The position numbers and the translations under genes were made by a program. From an uncultured Gammaproteobacteria bacterium (GTDB lineage: Bacteria > Patescibacteriota > Microgenomatia > UBA10105 > UBA927): a DNA stretch of 64,000 nt. Under the pieces are notes generated by a model. It had not been told where the DNA came from and searched no databases. It saw nothing but the letters and a program-made list of their open reading frames with translations. The first letter of the stretch is position 1; each line of letters starts with the position of its first letter. Below, in pieces: positions 51,334 to 60,788 of this stretch. The stretch spans positions 9,795 through 73,794 of the forward strand of contig CAYUKU010000004.1 in the NCBI GenBank assembly GCA_964445435.1. Reading direction: 5' to 3'.

Positions 51334-51334
51334 T

Positions 51335-51913
51335 ATGCACATCATTTTTTATGGTCCTGAGGGGTCAGGGAAAGGCACTCAGGCGAAATTATTAAGCAAA
51401 AGGCTTGGTATTCCGGTGTTAACGTCGGGAGATTTGGTGCGGGAAGCTGCAGCTAACGACAAGGGTATTATCGGAGAAGCCTGCAGAAAAGCGCTAACGC
51501 AGGGACGATACGTTGCGGATTCTGAAATGTTTGTTCTATGGAAGCGGCGCTTGAAAGAGCCGGATGCCAGGACGGACTGGATTATGGATGGCTTTCCCCG
51601 CAATGTTGAACAGGCTAAATTTCTGGACGAAAAATTGAAAAAGTACGGATATAAGGTAGAAGCCGTACTTTATCTTGTCATACGCGAAGAGGAGTCTCTC
51701 AGGCGCTTAACCAAGCGTGCCCGTCCGCTTCACCCGGGATCAACGGAGCTCCACGATTCCCCGGAGCGTATTAGAAACAGGCTGAGAGTTTTCCGTGAAA
51801 ATCAACAGCCGGTTCTGGAGTACTACCGCAAGCGAGGCGTCCTTCTTGAAATAGACGGTGAACAGTCACCTGAAGAAGTTGAGAAGGCAATCCTCAAAAA
51901 ACTCCCGAAATGA
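51335..51913 (+). CDS. adk: adenylate kinase
   Basis: P-loop 'FYGPEGSGKGTQA'; NMP-binding and LID regions. Confidence 0.9.
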   Translation: MHIIFYGPEGSGKGTQAKLLSKRLGIPVLTSGDLVREAAANDKGIIGEACRKALTQGRYVADSEMFVLWKRRLKEPDARTDWIMDGFPRNVEQAKFLDEKLKKYGYKVEAVLYLVIREEESLRRLTKRARPLHPGSTELHDSPERIRNRLRVFRENQQPVLEYYRKRGVLLEIDGEQSPEEVEKAILKKLPK

Positions 51914-52602
51914 CAACACTTCCTCTTCAAATTGCAATTGACGGTCCGGTCGCTTCCGGCAAAGGAGAAATCGCAGGTCGACTCGCGCAGTCACTCGGCG
52001 CTCTGTATATCTATACGGGGGCGATGTACCGGGCTCTCGCTCTTGCCGGTATCCGGGCAGGGATTTCTCCGAATGATGCTTCCGCAATTATCGGGTTGTT
52101 ATCGGGTATTTCTATCGACATGACGGTTCCTGAGGCAGACAGCGCGTTTCCGTACAAAGTGCTTTTGGACGGGAAGGATGTGACGCGGGAAATTCAGAGT
52201 CAGGAAGTGGCACAGGGTGCGTCTGACGTGGGGACTATCCCTACGGTTCGTCAATGGATGGTTGCAAGGCAGAGAGAGATGGCGCGTGGAAAATCAGTGG
52301 TTATGGAAGGTCGGGATATTGCAATTCGCGTGCTGCCCGATGCGCAATTAAAAATATATCTCACCGCTTCTTTGGAAGAGCGTTCTCGGAGGCGTTTCCA
52401 ACAGTGGCAATCACAGGGATTGTCCAAAACATTGGAAGAAACGATAGAAGATACCCGACAAAGGGACGCTCAGGATATGAGCCGGCAGACAGACCCGCTT
52501 CAGAAGCTTCCTGACGCGTGGGAGCTGGATACGACACACATGAGCCCCGATGAGGTTGTCGATGCCATACGCGCTGAACTCAAAAAGCGCAACATACTAT
52601 GA
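51910..52602 (+). CDS. cmk: cytidylate kinase
   Basis: 'IAIDGPVASGKGEIAGRLA' P-loop; CMP kinase family. It lies between adk and map. Confidence 0.88.
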   Translation: MTTLPLQIAIDGPVASGKGEIAGRLAQSLGALYIYTGAMYRALALAGIRAGISPNDASAIIGLLSGISIDMTVPEADSAFPYKVLLDGKDVTREIQSQEVAQGASDVGTIPTVRQWMVARQREMARGKSVVMEGRDIAIRVLPDAQLKIYLTASLEERSRRRFQQWQSQGLSKTLEETIEDTRQRDAQDMSRQTDPLQKLPDAWELDTTHMSPDEVVDAIRAELKKRNIL

Positions 52603-53372
52603 TTTACCGGAAGACCAAAGATGAAATTGCGGTCATGCGTGAAGGCGGAAGCAAGCTCGGTTCCATTCTTGGGACACTTCTTGATTTTGCCCAGCCATCC
52701 GTATCGCTTCTTGATATCGAGAAAAAAGCAAATGAATTAATTGCGCATTCAGGCGGACAGTCGTCGTTTAAGACGGTCAAGGGGTACAGTTGGGCGACGT
52801 GTCTTTGCGTCAATGAAGTTGTCGTTCACGGCATTCCGACGGCATATGTACTAAAAGACGGCGATATTCTTACTATCGATATAGGTCTTCTCTACCGGGG
52901 ATTTCATACGGATACTGCTTGGACGAAGATTGTCGGGAACGATTCGTCACCTGATGCCGCAGAGAAACGCCAATTTTTGGCAACCGGTCAGAAAGCACTC
53001 GAACGGGCGATAGCATTAGCACGAGTAGGAAATAGAATCGGTGATATTTCAGAATCAACTCAGGCGATTCTCGAGGGGGAGGGATATTCGATCGTGAAGA
53101 CGCTTGTCGGTCACGGCGTGGGACGCAGTCTTCATGAAGACCCGCAGGTGCCTAACTACGTCCGGGGAGATAAGAAGAACACCTATCAGTTTCAAGGAGG
53201 AGAGACGATTGCCATCGAACCTATTTATGCCATGGGAAATAGTGCGGTGGTCTATGAGAACGATGACGGGTGGACGTTGGTGACGAAAGACCACTCCTTG
53301 GCGGCTGTATTTGAGCATTCGCTTGCGATAGTTCCCGAAGGGACGATTGTATTGACCAAAGCAGAGGATTGA
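52599..53372 (+). CDS. map: type I methionine aminopeptidase
   Basis: Metal ligands in 'DILTIDIGL', 'GHGVGRSLHE' and 'TIAIEP'. Confidence 0.93.
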   Translation: MIYRKTKDEIAVMREGGSKLGSILGTLLDFAQPSVSLLDIEKKANELIAHSGGQSSFKTVKGYSWATCLCVNEVVVHGIPTAYVLKDGDILTIDIGLLYRGFHTDTAWTKIVGNDSSPDAAEKRQFLATGQKALERAIALARVGNRIGDISESTQAILEGEGYSIVKTLVGHGVGRSLHEDPQVPNYVRGDKKNTYQFQGGETIAIEPIYAMGNSAVVYENDDGWTLVTKDHSLAAVFEHSLAIVPEGTIVLTKAED

Positions 53373-53393
53373 GGTACAATATGCGTTATTGTC

Positions 53394-53436
53394 GGGAATC
53401 CCGATGAGAATCGGGAGATGTTCCCGTCGTTTTTTA
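53394..53436 (+). terminator. rho-independent terminator downstream of map
   Basis: A nested hairpin gggaa-tcccga-tgagaa-tcggga-gatg-ttccc followed by gtcgtttttt. Confidence 0.65.
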
Positions 53437-53591
53437 CGTGGTTATACCGGGTAGTAGAATTTCGACTCGCGTTTTTATCTTTGCCTTACGCGTGCTGAGA
53501 CTACCAGAAGGTATAAACTCGTTGCGTTAAAGAAAGGATTTTGAAATTTCGAAAACGTGGTAAGGCAAAGGTCGAAATTTCACAACCCGGT

Positions 53592-53810
53592 ATGGCGCAT
53601 CAAGGAAATATAGAGGTTGAAGGAGAGGTTGTCGAATGTCTGCCCAATACGTTGTTTCGAGTGAAACTGCCGAATGGTCATGTCGTACTGTGTCACTTAT
53701 CGGGGAAGATGCGGTTAAATTTTATTCGCATCATGCCGGGAGACAAGGTGAAAATGGAAGTAACACCCTATGACCCGAGCAAAGGAAGAATTACATACAG
53801 AGTGAGATAA
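53592..53810 (+). CDS. infA: translation initiation factor IF-1
   Basis: '[36 protein letters not shown]...ITYRVR'. The start is taken at ATG 53592 (72 aa), but the frame is open from TTG 53541 with 'aaagga' just upstream, so the N-terminus is ambiguous. Confidence 0.85.
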   Translation: MAHQGNIEVEGEVVECLPNTLFRVKLPNGHVVLCHLSGKMRLNFIRIMPGDKVKMEVTPYDPSKGRITYRVR

Positions 53811-53812
53811 CC

Positions 53813-53926
53813 ATGAAAGTACGAGCAAGTGTGAAACCAATGTGTGTGAAGTGTAAGATCGTCCGGCGTCGGGGTAGGACGTACATTATTTGTGAAAACC
53901 CGAAGCATAAACAGAGGCAAGGATAA
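53813..53926 (+). CDS. rpmJ: 50S ribosomal protein L36
   Basis: Not in the ORF track because it is shorter than 60 aa. Hand translation gives '[37 protein letters not shown]' (C-x2-C...C-x4-H zinc ribbon), sitting between infA and rpsM as expected. Confidence 0.9.
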   Translation: MKVRASVKPMCVKCKIVRRRGRTYIICENPKHKQRQG

Positions 53927-53932
53927 TTTACT

Positions 53933-54355
53933 ATGGCACGCATATCAGGCGTAGATTTACCGGCAGAAAAAAGACTCGATATCGCACTTACCTATATTTA
54001 TGGGATTGGCCGATCCAACGTGGTCAACCTTCTTAAGGAAGTCAATCTCCCCGCCGACCGCCGCGTCAAAACCCTCACAGATGAAGAAATCAACAAAATC
54101 TCAAAAGCAATTGAAAAGAAATACGTCGTAGAAGGGGATCTGCGCTGGCAAATCCAGGACAATATCAAACGTCTCGTAGAAATCAGGTCATACCGCGGTG
54201 TGCGTCACACCAAAAACCTTCCTGTTCGCGGTCAGAGGACGCGATCAAATGCGCGAACCAAGCGCGGAAAGAGAGTGACGATCGGAGCCATGAAGAAGGA
54301 TGATCGAGTGAAGCTGGAGACGGCAGCAGCCGCCAAAACGGCAGAAAGCAAATAA
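53933..54355 (+). CDS. rpsM: 30S ribosomal protein S13
   Basis: 'MARISGVDLP...IRSYRGVRH' S13. Confidence 0.95.
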   Translation: MARISGVDLPAEKRLDIALTYIYGIGRSNVVNLLKEVNLPADRRVKTLTDEEINKISKAIEKKYVVEGDLRWQIQDNIKRLVEIRSYRGVRHTKNLPVRGQRTRSNARTKRGKRVTIGAMKKDDRVKLETAAAAKTAESK

Positions 54356-54358
54356 CCT

Positions 54359-54730
54359 ATGGCAGTCAAAAAGCAAAAAAGGACAGTAGAGAAAGGGAAA
54401 GTCTATATTACAGCGACGTTTAACAATACGCTCGTAACGATCACGGATACGGAAGGCAATACATTGTGTTGGGGATCATCCGGCATGGCGGGTTTCAAAG
54501 GCGCCCGTAAATCAACACCGTACGCAGCGACAACCGCAGTAGAAGCAGTTGCCCGTAAAGCTATGGGTTATGGTCTACGGGAGGTCGAGGTATACATGAA
54601 AGGGCCCGGCGCGGGACGTGATGCAGCGCTTCGGGGACTGAAAGCCGTCGGACTTGCGATTACGCTTATTGCGGACGTCACACCGATCCCCCACAACGGA
54701 GTTCGACCGAAGAAAAAGAGGAGAGTCTAA
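54359..54730 (+). CDS. rpsK: 30S ribosomal protein S11
   Basis: '[14 protein letters not shown]...[10 protein letters not shown]' S11. Confidence 0.95.
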   Translation: MAVKKQKRTVEKGKVYITATFNNTLVTITDTEGNTLCWGSSGMAGFKGARKSTPYAATTAVEAVARKAMGYGLREVEVYMKGPGAGRDAALRGLKAVGLAITLIADVTPIPHNGVRPKKKRRV

Positions 54731-54733
54731 TCT

Positions 54734-55354
54734 ATGGCACGCTATACAGGACCAAAAAACAGACTTGCCCGCCGAGAAGGAATGGACCTCGGATATAAAA
54801 CGCCGGGAAGCAAGTCGCATGCCCAGCTTTTGAAGCGGCTCGGTGTCGTGCCGGGACAACACGGGAACAAGGGCCGACGAAAAGCTTCGGATTTCGGAGT
54901 CCAACTTCGGGAAAAACAGAAAGTAAAACGTCTGTACGGTGTCCTTGAACGGCAGTTTCGAAAGACGTTTACCCAGGCCATGAAGTGGAAAGGAAATACC
55001 GGCGAGAAGCTTCTTGAGTTCATGGAGCGAAGACTGGACAACACGATCTATCGTCTCGGATTTTCCCCGACACGTGGTCTTGCCCGTCAGCTCGTTTCCC
55101 ATGGTCATGTCATGGTGAACAACGAGAAAGTAAACATTCCTTCATATCGGGTTGAGAAAGACATGATCATTACGCTTCGGCCGAAAGCTATGGAGATTCC
55201 GGCGGTGAAAAGGATATTGGACGACAAAGCGCTTCGAACACCTGCATGGTTAGAACGAAAAGGACCGGTTGGAAAAATAGTCCGCATGCCGGAGCGGGCA
55301 GATATCGGAGAGGATATCAACGAGCAACTCATAGTTGAGTATTATTCTCGTTAA
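54734..55354 (+). CDS. rpsD: 30S ribosomal protein S4
   Basis: 'MARYTGPKNRLARREG' S4 plus the S4 RNA-binding domain. Confidence 0.95.
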   Translation: MARYTGPKNRLARREGMDLGYKTPGSKSHAQLLKRLGVVPGQHGNKGRRKASDFGVQLREKQKVKRLYGVLERQFRKTFTQAMKWKGNTGEKLLEFMERRLDNTIYRLGFSPTRGLARQLVSHGHVMVNNEKVNIPSYRVEKDMIITLRPKAMEIPAVKRILDDKALRTPAWLERKGPVGKIVRMPERADIGEDINEQLIVEYYSR

Positions 55355-55429
55355 TATAAAGGAGGAAGAGTTCGTCATTAACATGAAGGAGCGTCTCTTG
55401 GTGTTAGCGACTAACTCTCAAAATACTAT

Positions 55430-56350
55430 ATGACAGAACCAACATTTCACATAAAAACGGAAGTTGATAAGCCGGGATTCGGCAAGTTTTCCCTGGAGCC
55501 TCTTGAGCAGGGATATGGTCAGACGCTCGGAAACAGCCTGAGACGCGTGTTATTGGCCTCTCTTCCGGGTGCAGCCATTTCCTCAGTGAAAATTGAAGGT
55601 GTCAAACACCAGTTCTCGACCTTGGAAGGCATGAAAGAGGATGTAATTGAATTTATCATGAATCTCAAAAAGGTCCGTTTGACGATTGACGGCAGTGAGC
55701 CTGTGAAACTGACGATTTCCAAGAAAGGTCCGGGTGTCGTAACGGCTGCTGATATCAATGCTCCCGCAGGCGTGAGCGTTGTGAATCCGGACTTGGTATT
55801 GGCCAATCTTTCAGACAAAAAATCATCCCTCGAGGTTGAGATGACGGCAGACAAGGGGTATGGATACGTGTCTGCAGACGAGAAACATTTTGACGAAGTG
55901 GGCGTCATACCTATGGACAGTCTGTATTCACCCGTTACCCGCGTGAATTATCGCGTCGAGGCTACTCGCGTGGGTCGCATGACCAATTTGGATCGCCTCG
56001 TTATGGAGATTTGGACGGACGGGACTGTCAATGCCATGGATGCGCTCAAATCAGCTGCCAAGGTCATGGTTTCCTATTTCGTTCAGATCGTCGAACCCAA
56101 GGCAACGGGTGTCTCAGAGAGTGTCGCCGTGACACCATCGGTTTCCGACGAGATTCTCAAGATGCGCATCGAGGAGCTTGATATTCCTACCCGCATTGTG
56201 AACGCGCTGGCAAACGGCGGCATCGAGACGGTGGGTCAATTACTCGGTACCCCAAGAACGGAATTGATGAAAATTAAGAACTTGGGAGCCAAATCTCTCG
56301 GTATCGTGGAAGAGCGTCTTCGTGAGAAGGGAGTTGCGCTGACCGTATGA
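55430..56350 (+). CDS. rpoA: DNA-directed RNA polymerase subunit alpha
   Basis: 'LEPLEQGYGQTLGNSLRRVLL' N-terminal domain plus a C-terminal alpha-CTD. Confidence 0.95.
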   Translation: MTEPTFHIKTEVDKPGFGKFSLEPLEQGYGQTLGNSLRRVLLASLPGAAISSVKIEGVKHQFSTLEGMKEDVIEFIMNLKKVRLTIDGSEPVKLTISKKGPGVVTAADINAPAGVSVVNPDLVLANLSDKKSSLEVEMTADKGYGYVSADEKHFDEVGVIPMDSLYSPVTRVNYRVEATRVGRMTNLDRLVMEIWTDGTVNAMDALKSAAKVMVSYFVQIVEPKATGVSESVAVTPSVSDEILKMRIEELDIPTRIVNALANGGIETVGQLLGTPRTELMKIKNLGAKSLGIVEERLREKGVALTV

Positions 56351-56838
56351 GACATTCGGTGTTCGGGAGGAAATTATCACGTACCGCAAACGAACGGCAG
56401 CAGCTGTTTGCCGGGCTTGTGCGTGACCTGTTTCTTCACGGCGCCGTAACCACAACGCTTGCGAAAGCCAAGGCAGTGCAGCCGATCGCGGAACGGCTCA
56501 TCACGAAGGCAAAAGACGGAAGTGAAGTAGCCAGGCGACGCGTTTTACGGATTATGGATGACCGAACTCTGGTGAAATCTCTTTTTGAGGACGCCAAGAC
56601 GCGGTTTTCGGGCCGTACCAGCGGATATACTCGGATTATTAAACTTGGCAAGAGATTGGGCGACGCTTCAGATGTCGCGATGCTCTCATTTGTCGACGAG
56701 AAAGTAGTCGCTGAAGTCGTAGTTCCCAAAAAAGCAGATACGGTTAAGAGCGAAAAGAAAACGGAATCGATGAAAGAGACCAAACCGGTAAAAGTCCCGG
56801 CGAAAAGAAAGACGACCAAGACGAAGAAGAAAGCATAA
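56347..56838 (+). CDS. rplQ: 50S ribosomal protein L17
   Basis: L17 family with a Lys-rich C-terminal tail; ATGA overlap with rpoA. Confidence 0.92.
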   Translation: MRHSVFGRKLSRTANERQQLFAGLVRDLFLHGAVTTTLAKAKAVQPIAERLITKAKDGSEVARRRVLRIMDDRTLVKSLFEDAKTRFSGRTSGYTRIIKLGKRLGDASDVAMLSFVDEKVVAEVVVPKKADTVKSEKKTESMKETKPVKVPAKRKTTKTKKKA

Positions 56839-56841
56839 GCT

Positions 56842-57261
56842 ATGAAAAAAGCAACACTTCCAACCAAGATTTCAGAGGTGAGCCGCTCCTGGCACCTTAT
56901 CGACGTGAAGGGTCAGGTGTTAGGAAGGGCCGCCACGGGAGTTGCCCTCAAACTTATGGGGAAGGGGAAGCCAAATTTCGTGCGCAATCTGGATTGCGGA
57001 GATTATGTCGTTGTTATAAACGCCGCTCACGTGGTGACGACGGGCCACAAGGAAAAAGAAAAACTGTACGGGAACTATTCCGGTCATCCGGGAGGACTTA
57101 AACAGAAAGCCCTCTGGCAGGTGCGCCAGGAAAAGCCGACCGAACCTATGAAGCGGGCAATCTTTGGTATGTTGCCCAAGAACAAGCTGCGTGATAGACT
57201 CGTAACTCGCTTATACATTTATCCCGAATCGAAGCATCCCTATCAGGAAAAATTTAAATAA
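56842..57261 (+). CDS. rplM: 50S ribosomal protein L13
   Basis: 'WHLIDVKGQVLGRAAT' L13. Confidence 0.93.
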   Translation: MKKATLPTKISEVSRSWHLIDVKGQVLGRAATGVALKLMGKGKPNFVRNLDCGDYVVVINAAHVVTTGHKEKEKLYGNYSGHPGGLKQKALWQVRQEKPTEPMKRAIFGMLPKNKLRDRLVTRLYIYPESKHPYQEKFK

Positions 57262-57264
57262 CCT

Positions 57265-57750
57265 ATGGCAAAAGAAAAAACACAACAGGAAAAAATAGAA
57301 AATCCGAAGGACGGAGCCGTTTCCTACTATGAAGCCGTCGGCCGACGCAAAGAATCCAGTGCCCGCGTACGGCTCTATGTGGTCAATGACGCAGCCATTA
57401 CTGTTGGAGGCGTGTCTGTAGCCAAGGGAGCCATGATTGTGAATGGCAAGCAAGTAGAGCAGTATTTCCCCGGAGAAGTCTTTAAGAAAATGTATCAGGA
57501 GCCGTTTCGGACCACCAATACGCTGGGTCGTTTTGCAGTAACCGTGAAGGTTTCCGGAGGCGGATTGGCAGGGCAACTTTCTTCGGTTATTCACGGCATT
57601 TCCCGCGCACTTGAGAAAGTTGACCGGGCGAAATTCCGGCCGATTCTCAAGAAGCGCGGATTTATGATGCGTGACCCCCGTGCCAAACAGCGAAGGAAAG
57701 CCGGATTTGCAGGTAAGGCTCGCGCCCGAAAGCAAAGTCCAAAACGATAA
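57265..57750 (+). CDS. rpsI: 30S ribosomal protein S9
   Basis: 'GRRKESSARVRL...GGGLAGQ...KQRRKAGFAG' S9. Confidence 0.93.
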   Translation: MAKEKTQQEKIENPKDGAVSYYEAVGRRKESSARVRLYVVNDAAITVGGVSVAKGAMIVNGKQVEQYFPGEVFKKMYQEPFRTTNTLGRFAVTVKVSGGGLAGQLSSVIHGISRALEKVDRAKFRPILKKRGFMMRDPRAKQRRKAGFAGKARARKQSPKR

Positions 57751-57837
57751 TTTCGTACCGCAGTTCTGCGAGAATTCGAAGGACGGTCTTCGAAGCGGTA
57801 ATCCGCAGTCGTGATACAATAGCCCCAGGGAGGAAGT

Positions 57838-58587
57838 ATGGAATTCTTAATTGGACCGCTTGGGATTTTTCTTTTTATCCTCTTATTGTCGTCCCTCAAA
57901 CAAGTGAATGAGTATGAGCGGGGTATCCGATTTACGTTCGGAAGATTCACGGATGTCATTGAGCCTGGCTGGCGTATCGTCTGGCCAATTATCCAGACGT
58001 GGCAAAAAGTGGATATCCGTACGAAGGTTGTGGAAGAGCCGGGTCAGGAAGTGATTACCCAGGATAACGTATCTACCAAAATTACCGCCGTTATTTACTA
58101 CAAAATTATTGATGCGAAGAAGGCGGTTTTGGAAGTTGAGAATTTCTACTGGGCAGTGTCGCAGCTGGCACAGACAACCATGCGTAATGTTATTGGAGAA
58201 GTCACTCTTGACCAGTTGTTGACCAGGCGCCACGATCTGGCGGTAAAAATTCGGGATATAGTTGAAAAACAAGCGGACCATTGGGGACTTGATGTTTCAA
58301 GCGTTGAGCTGAAGGACATTACGCTTCCTGAGTCTATGGTTCGCACGATGGCCAAACAAGCGGAAGCGGAGCGTGAGAAGAGGGCAACGATTATTAACTC
58401 TGAGGGAGAGGTGATTGCGTCCAGGAATCTGGCACAGGCCGCACGCACGATGGCTGCTTCACCAGGGGCGCTTCATTTACGCACGCTTAATTCTATAAAC
58501 GATATTTCATCGGATCAAAGCAACACGGTCGTATTTGCAGTGCCATTGGAGGTTCTGAAAGCAATCGAAGGATTTAAGAAGAAATAA
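57838..58587 (+). CDS. SPFH/band-7 (stomatin/prohibitin-like) membrane protein
   Basis: N-terminal TM helix plus an SPFH domain ('YERGIRFTFGRF...', 'TKDNV...'), with a coiled-coil C-terminus; SD ggaggaag upstream. Confidence 0.8.
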   Translation: MEFLIGPLGIFLFILLLSSLKQVNEYERGIRFTFGRFTDVIEPGWRIVWPIIQTWQKVDIRTKVVEEPGQEVITQDNVSTKITAVIYYKIIDAKKAVLEVENFYWAVSQLAQTTMRNVIGEVTLDQLLTRRHDLAVKIRDIVEKQADHWGLDVSSVELKDITLPESMVRTMAKQAEAEREKRATIINSEGEVIASRNLAQAARTMAASPGALHLRTLNSINDISSDQSNTVVFAVPLEVLKAIEGFKKK

Positions 58588-58669
58588 CAAAAGCTCCATT
58601 CGTCGTACGGCATATACTCCAACACGTTCCATGGTTCATTGAAGCGGATGAAGTATCCGAACGGATGTC

Positions 58670-59044
58670 CTATTCGGAAGTCCTTTTCCCCCAAGGTTTT
58701 TCCTCAAGGGGTTGATAGATATGACGTTTGTTGATCTTTCCTGAAATAGTCGCGTAATACTCATCGATGTGTTCGATCGGTATGGAGATTTCTACTCCGT
58801 AACCCCGTTTCGTGTCGCTCGGGAAGTTTTTGAAGTAGAGGTGATGATAGACTTCCTTGCTGCCACAGAAGAAAGAGAGGATACTCTGGTTGAGCTTCAT
58901 AACAGGGTATCCGTATTGTTCGCCCGGCTTGGGAGCCTCCTCCCAGACGGCTTGAAATCCAAGTTTTCCGTAGAAGTCTTTCGCGACTTAGAAATTATCG
59001 ACACTCAACTCAACCGTCGTGTCCGTTAACGCAGCATTTGGCAT
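58670..59044 (-). pseudogene. VOC (glyoxalase/bleomycin-resistance) family gene interrupted by an in-frame TAA
   Basis: Minus-strand translation gives 'MPNAALTDTTVELSVDNF*VAKDFYGKLGFQAVWEE...'. The stop (minus codon = plus 58988-58990) replaces a residue inside the first beta-alpha unit of the VOC fold. The intact downstream ORF (58670..58900) begins only at an internal Met. Confidence 0.5.
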
Positions 59045-59084
59045 AAATGAACAGATAAATCTTGAGCCTTATGAGTTGCACTAG

Positions 59085-59158
59085 TCGGGGTGACTCGACT
59101 TGAACGAGCAACCTTTCGCACCCCATGCGAATGCGCTAGCCAATTGCGCCACACCCCG
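59085..59158 (-). tRNA. tRNA-Pro (anticodon GGG)
   Basis: Hand-folded cloverleaf: acceptor CGGGGTG/CACCCCG, D-stem GCGC/GCGC, anticodon stem TTCGC/GCGAA with loop ATGGGGT, and T-stem GCTCG/CGAGT with a TTCAAGT loop. The discriminator is A and CCA is not encoded. Confidence 0.8.
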
Positions 59159-59241
59159 TGAGTTCTTGTATTCTATCATTTTTTGTGTAAGAATGGGATT
59201 TACTTCAAACGTCTGCCCCCAATCGTTGAAAGGAGACTCGT

Positions 59242-60276
59242 ATGCCAGTTGACGCCAAACTTCAAGCCATTCAGCTTGCCATGGAACAAATCGAGAAGCA
59301 GTACGGCAAGGGCTCGATTATGAAACTCGGAGAAAAACAGGCGAGCAAAATGGCAATCGATGTCGTTCCCACGGGCGTTCTTGCCCTTGATTTGGCTCTT
59401 GGCGTTGGTGGTCTTCCCCGCGGTCGCATTGTCGAAATCTACGGGCCTGAGGCGTCTGGAAAAACAACGGTTTGTTTGTCCACCATCGCAGAAGCGCAGA
59501 AAGCAGGAGGCGTTGCGGCATTTATCGATGCTGAACACGCACTTGACCCGCAATGGGCTGAAGTGTTGGGGGTGAAGCTCGATGATCTTCTTATTTCCCA
59601 ACCGGATACCGGCGAGCAGGCCCTTGAGATTGCTGAAACGCTTATCAGAAGCGGCGGCGTGGATATCGTTGTTATCGACTCGGTCGCCGCTCTTGTTCCC
59701 AGAGCGGAACTGGAAGGCGAGATGGGGGATGCGATGGTTGGTGTTCAAGCACGACTCATGTCCCAGGCGCTACGGAAACTGACGGCGGTCATTTCTCGGT
59801 CCAAGGCGGTGGTTATTTTCACCAATCAACTGCGTCAGAAAATTGGCGTCATGTTTGGAAATCCGGAGACGACACCCGGCGGACTTGCGCTTAAGTTTTA
59901 CGCGAGTGTCCGGATGGATTCGCGTAAGATCGAAAGCCTGAAGGATGGAGACAAAGTGATCGGCAGCAGGCACCGCGTCCGCGTGGTGAAAAATAAGGTC
60001 GCGCCTCCCTTCAGGATCGCCGAATTTGACGTCATGCATGACGGTGTGTCGAAAGAAGGCGGACTTATCGATGTCGGAATCGAATTTGGCATTCTTACCA
60101 AATCCGGCGCCTTTATCAAACATGGGAGTCAGATGCTCGGACAGGGGAAAGAAGCCTGTAAAATGTTCCTTCGTGAGAATCACAAAGTGGCTAAAGAGAT
60201 AACTGACGCCATTTGGAAGGCAGTGAAGTCCGGCAATACGCATACGAAACTGGCGGTTGCGGATGAAGAAGAATAA
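59242..60276 (+). CDS. recA: recombinase RecA
   Basis: 'GPEASGKTT' Walker A, 'IVIDSVAAL' and the L1/L2 loops; SD aaaggag. Confidence 0.97.
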   Translation: MPVDAKLQAIQLAMEQIEKQYGKGSIMKLGEKQASKMAIDVVPTGVLALDLALGVGGLPRGRIVEIYGPEASGKTTVCLSTIAEAQKAGGVAAFIDAEHALDPQWAEVLGVKLDDLLISQPDTGEQALEIAETLIRSGGVDIVVIDSVAALVPRAELEGEMGDAMVGVQARLMSQALRKLTAVISRSKAVVIFTNQLRQKIGVMFGNPETTPGGLALKFYASVRMDSRKIESLKDGDKVIGSRHRVRVVKNKVAPPFRIAEFDVMHDGVSKEGGLIDVGIEFGILTKSGAFIKHGSQMLGQGKEACKMFLRENHKVAKEITDAIWKAVKSGNTHTKLAVADEEE

Positions 60277-60284
60277 TAATCTCC

Positions 60285-60788
60285 GTGGAGAATCCATATT
60301 ACGATCGGCTGCTTGCCGCAGCGTTACGCTTTGTTTCCTACCGGCCCCGCAGTGAGGCTGAATTTACTGATTTTTTGCAAAAAAAACTGAAGAAGTGGGA
60401 TGTGGCGGGCGATCTTCTTCTGGAAAAGGTGAAAACTCGGATGAGCGAGTTGGGGTATATCGACGATGATGCATTCATCGCCTGGTGGATTTCCCAGCGC
60501 CTTCGATTTCGCCCGAAAGGGATGCGCGTCATAAGACAGGAACTTCTTAGGAAGGGTCTTCCCCGTGATCGCATAGAGGAGGTTATATCGCGTCTCACGA
60601 AAGAAGAGGGGGTGAGCGAGGGGGAAGCGGCGAAAAAGGCGGTTCAGAAAAAGATTATTCTATGGGCCAAATTACCAAGAATTGAACAAAAAAGAAAACT
60701 GTATACATTTTTAGCTCAACGGGGATTTACCTCAGGAACAATCGGCCGCGCCATTGACGAATTGATCCAAAAAGAATACAATGAATAG
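60285..60788 (+). CDS. recX: RecA regulator RecX
   Basis: 167-aa helical-repeat protein immediately downstream of recA, with a RecX-like 'YRPRSEAEF...LGYIDDDAF' region. Confidence 0.75.
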   Translation: MENPYYDRLLAAALRFVSYRPRSEAEFTDFLQKKLKKWDVAGDLLLEKVKTRMSELGYIDDDAFIAWWISQRLRFRPKGMRVIRQELLRKGLPRDRIEEVISRLTKEEGVSEGEAAKKAVQKKIILWAKLPRIEQKRKLYTFLAQRGFTSGTIGRAIDELIQKEYNE

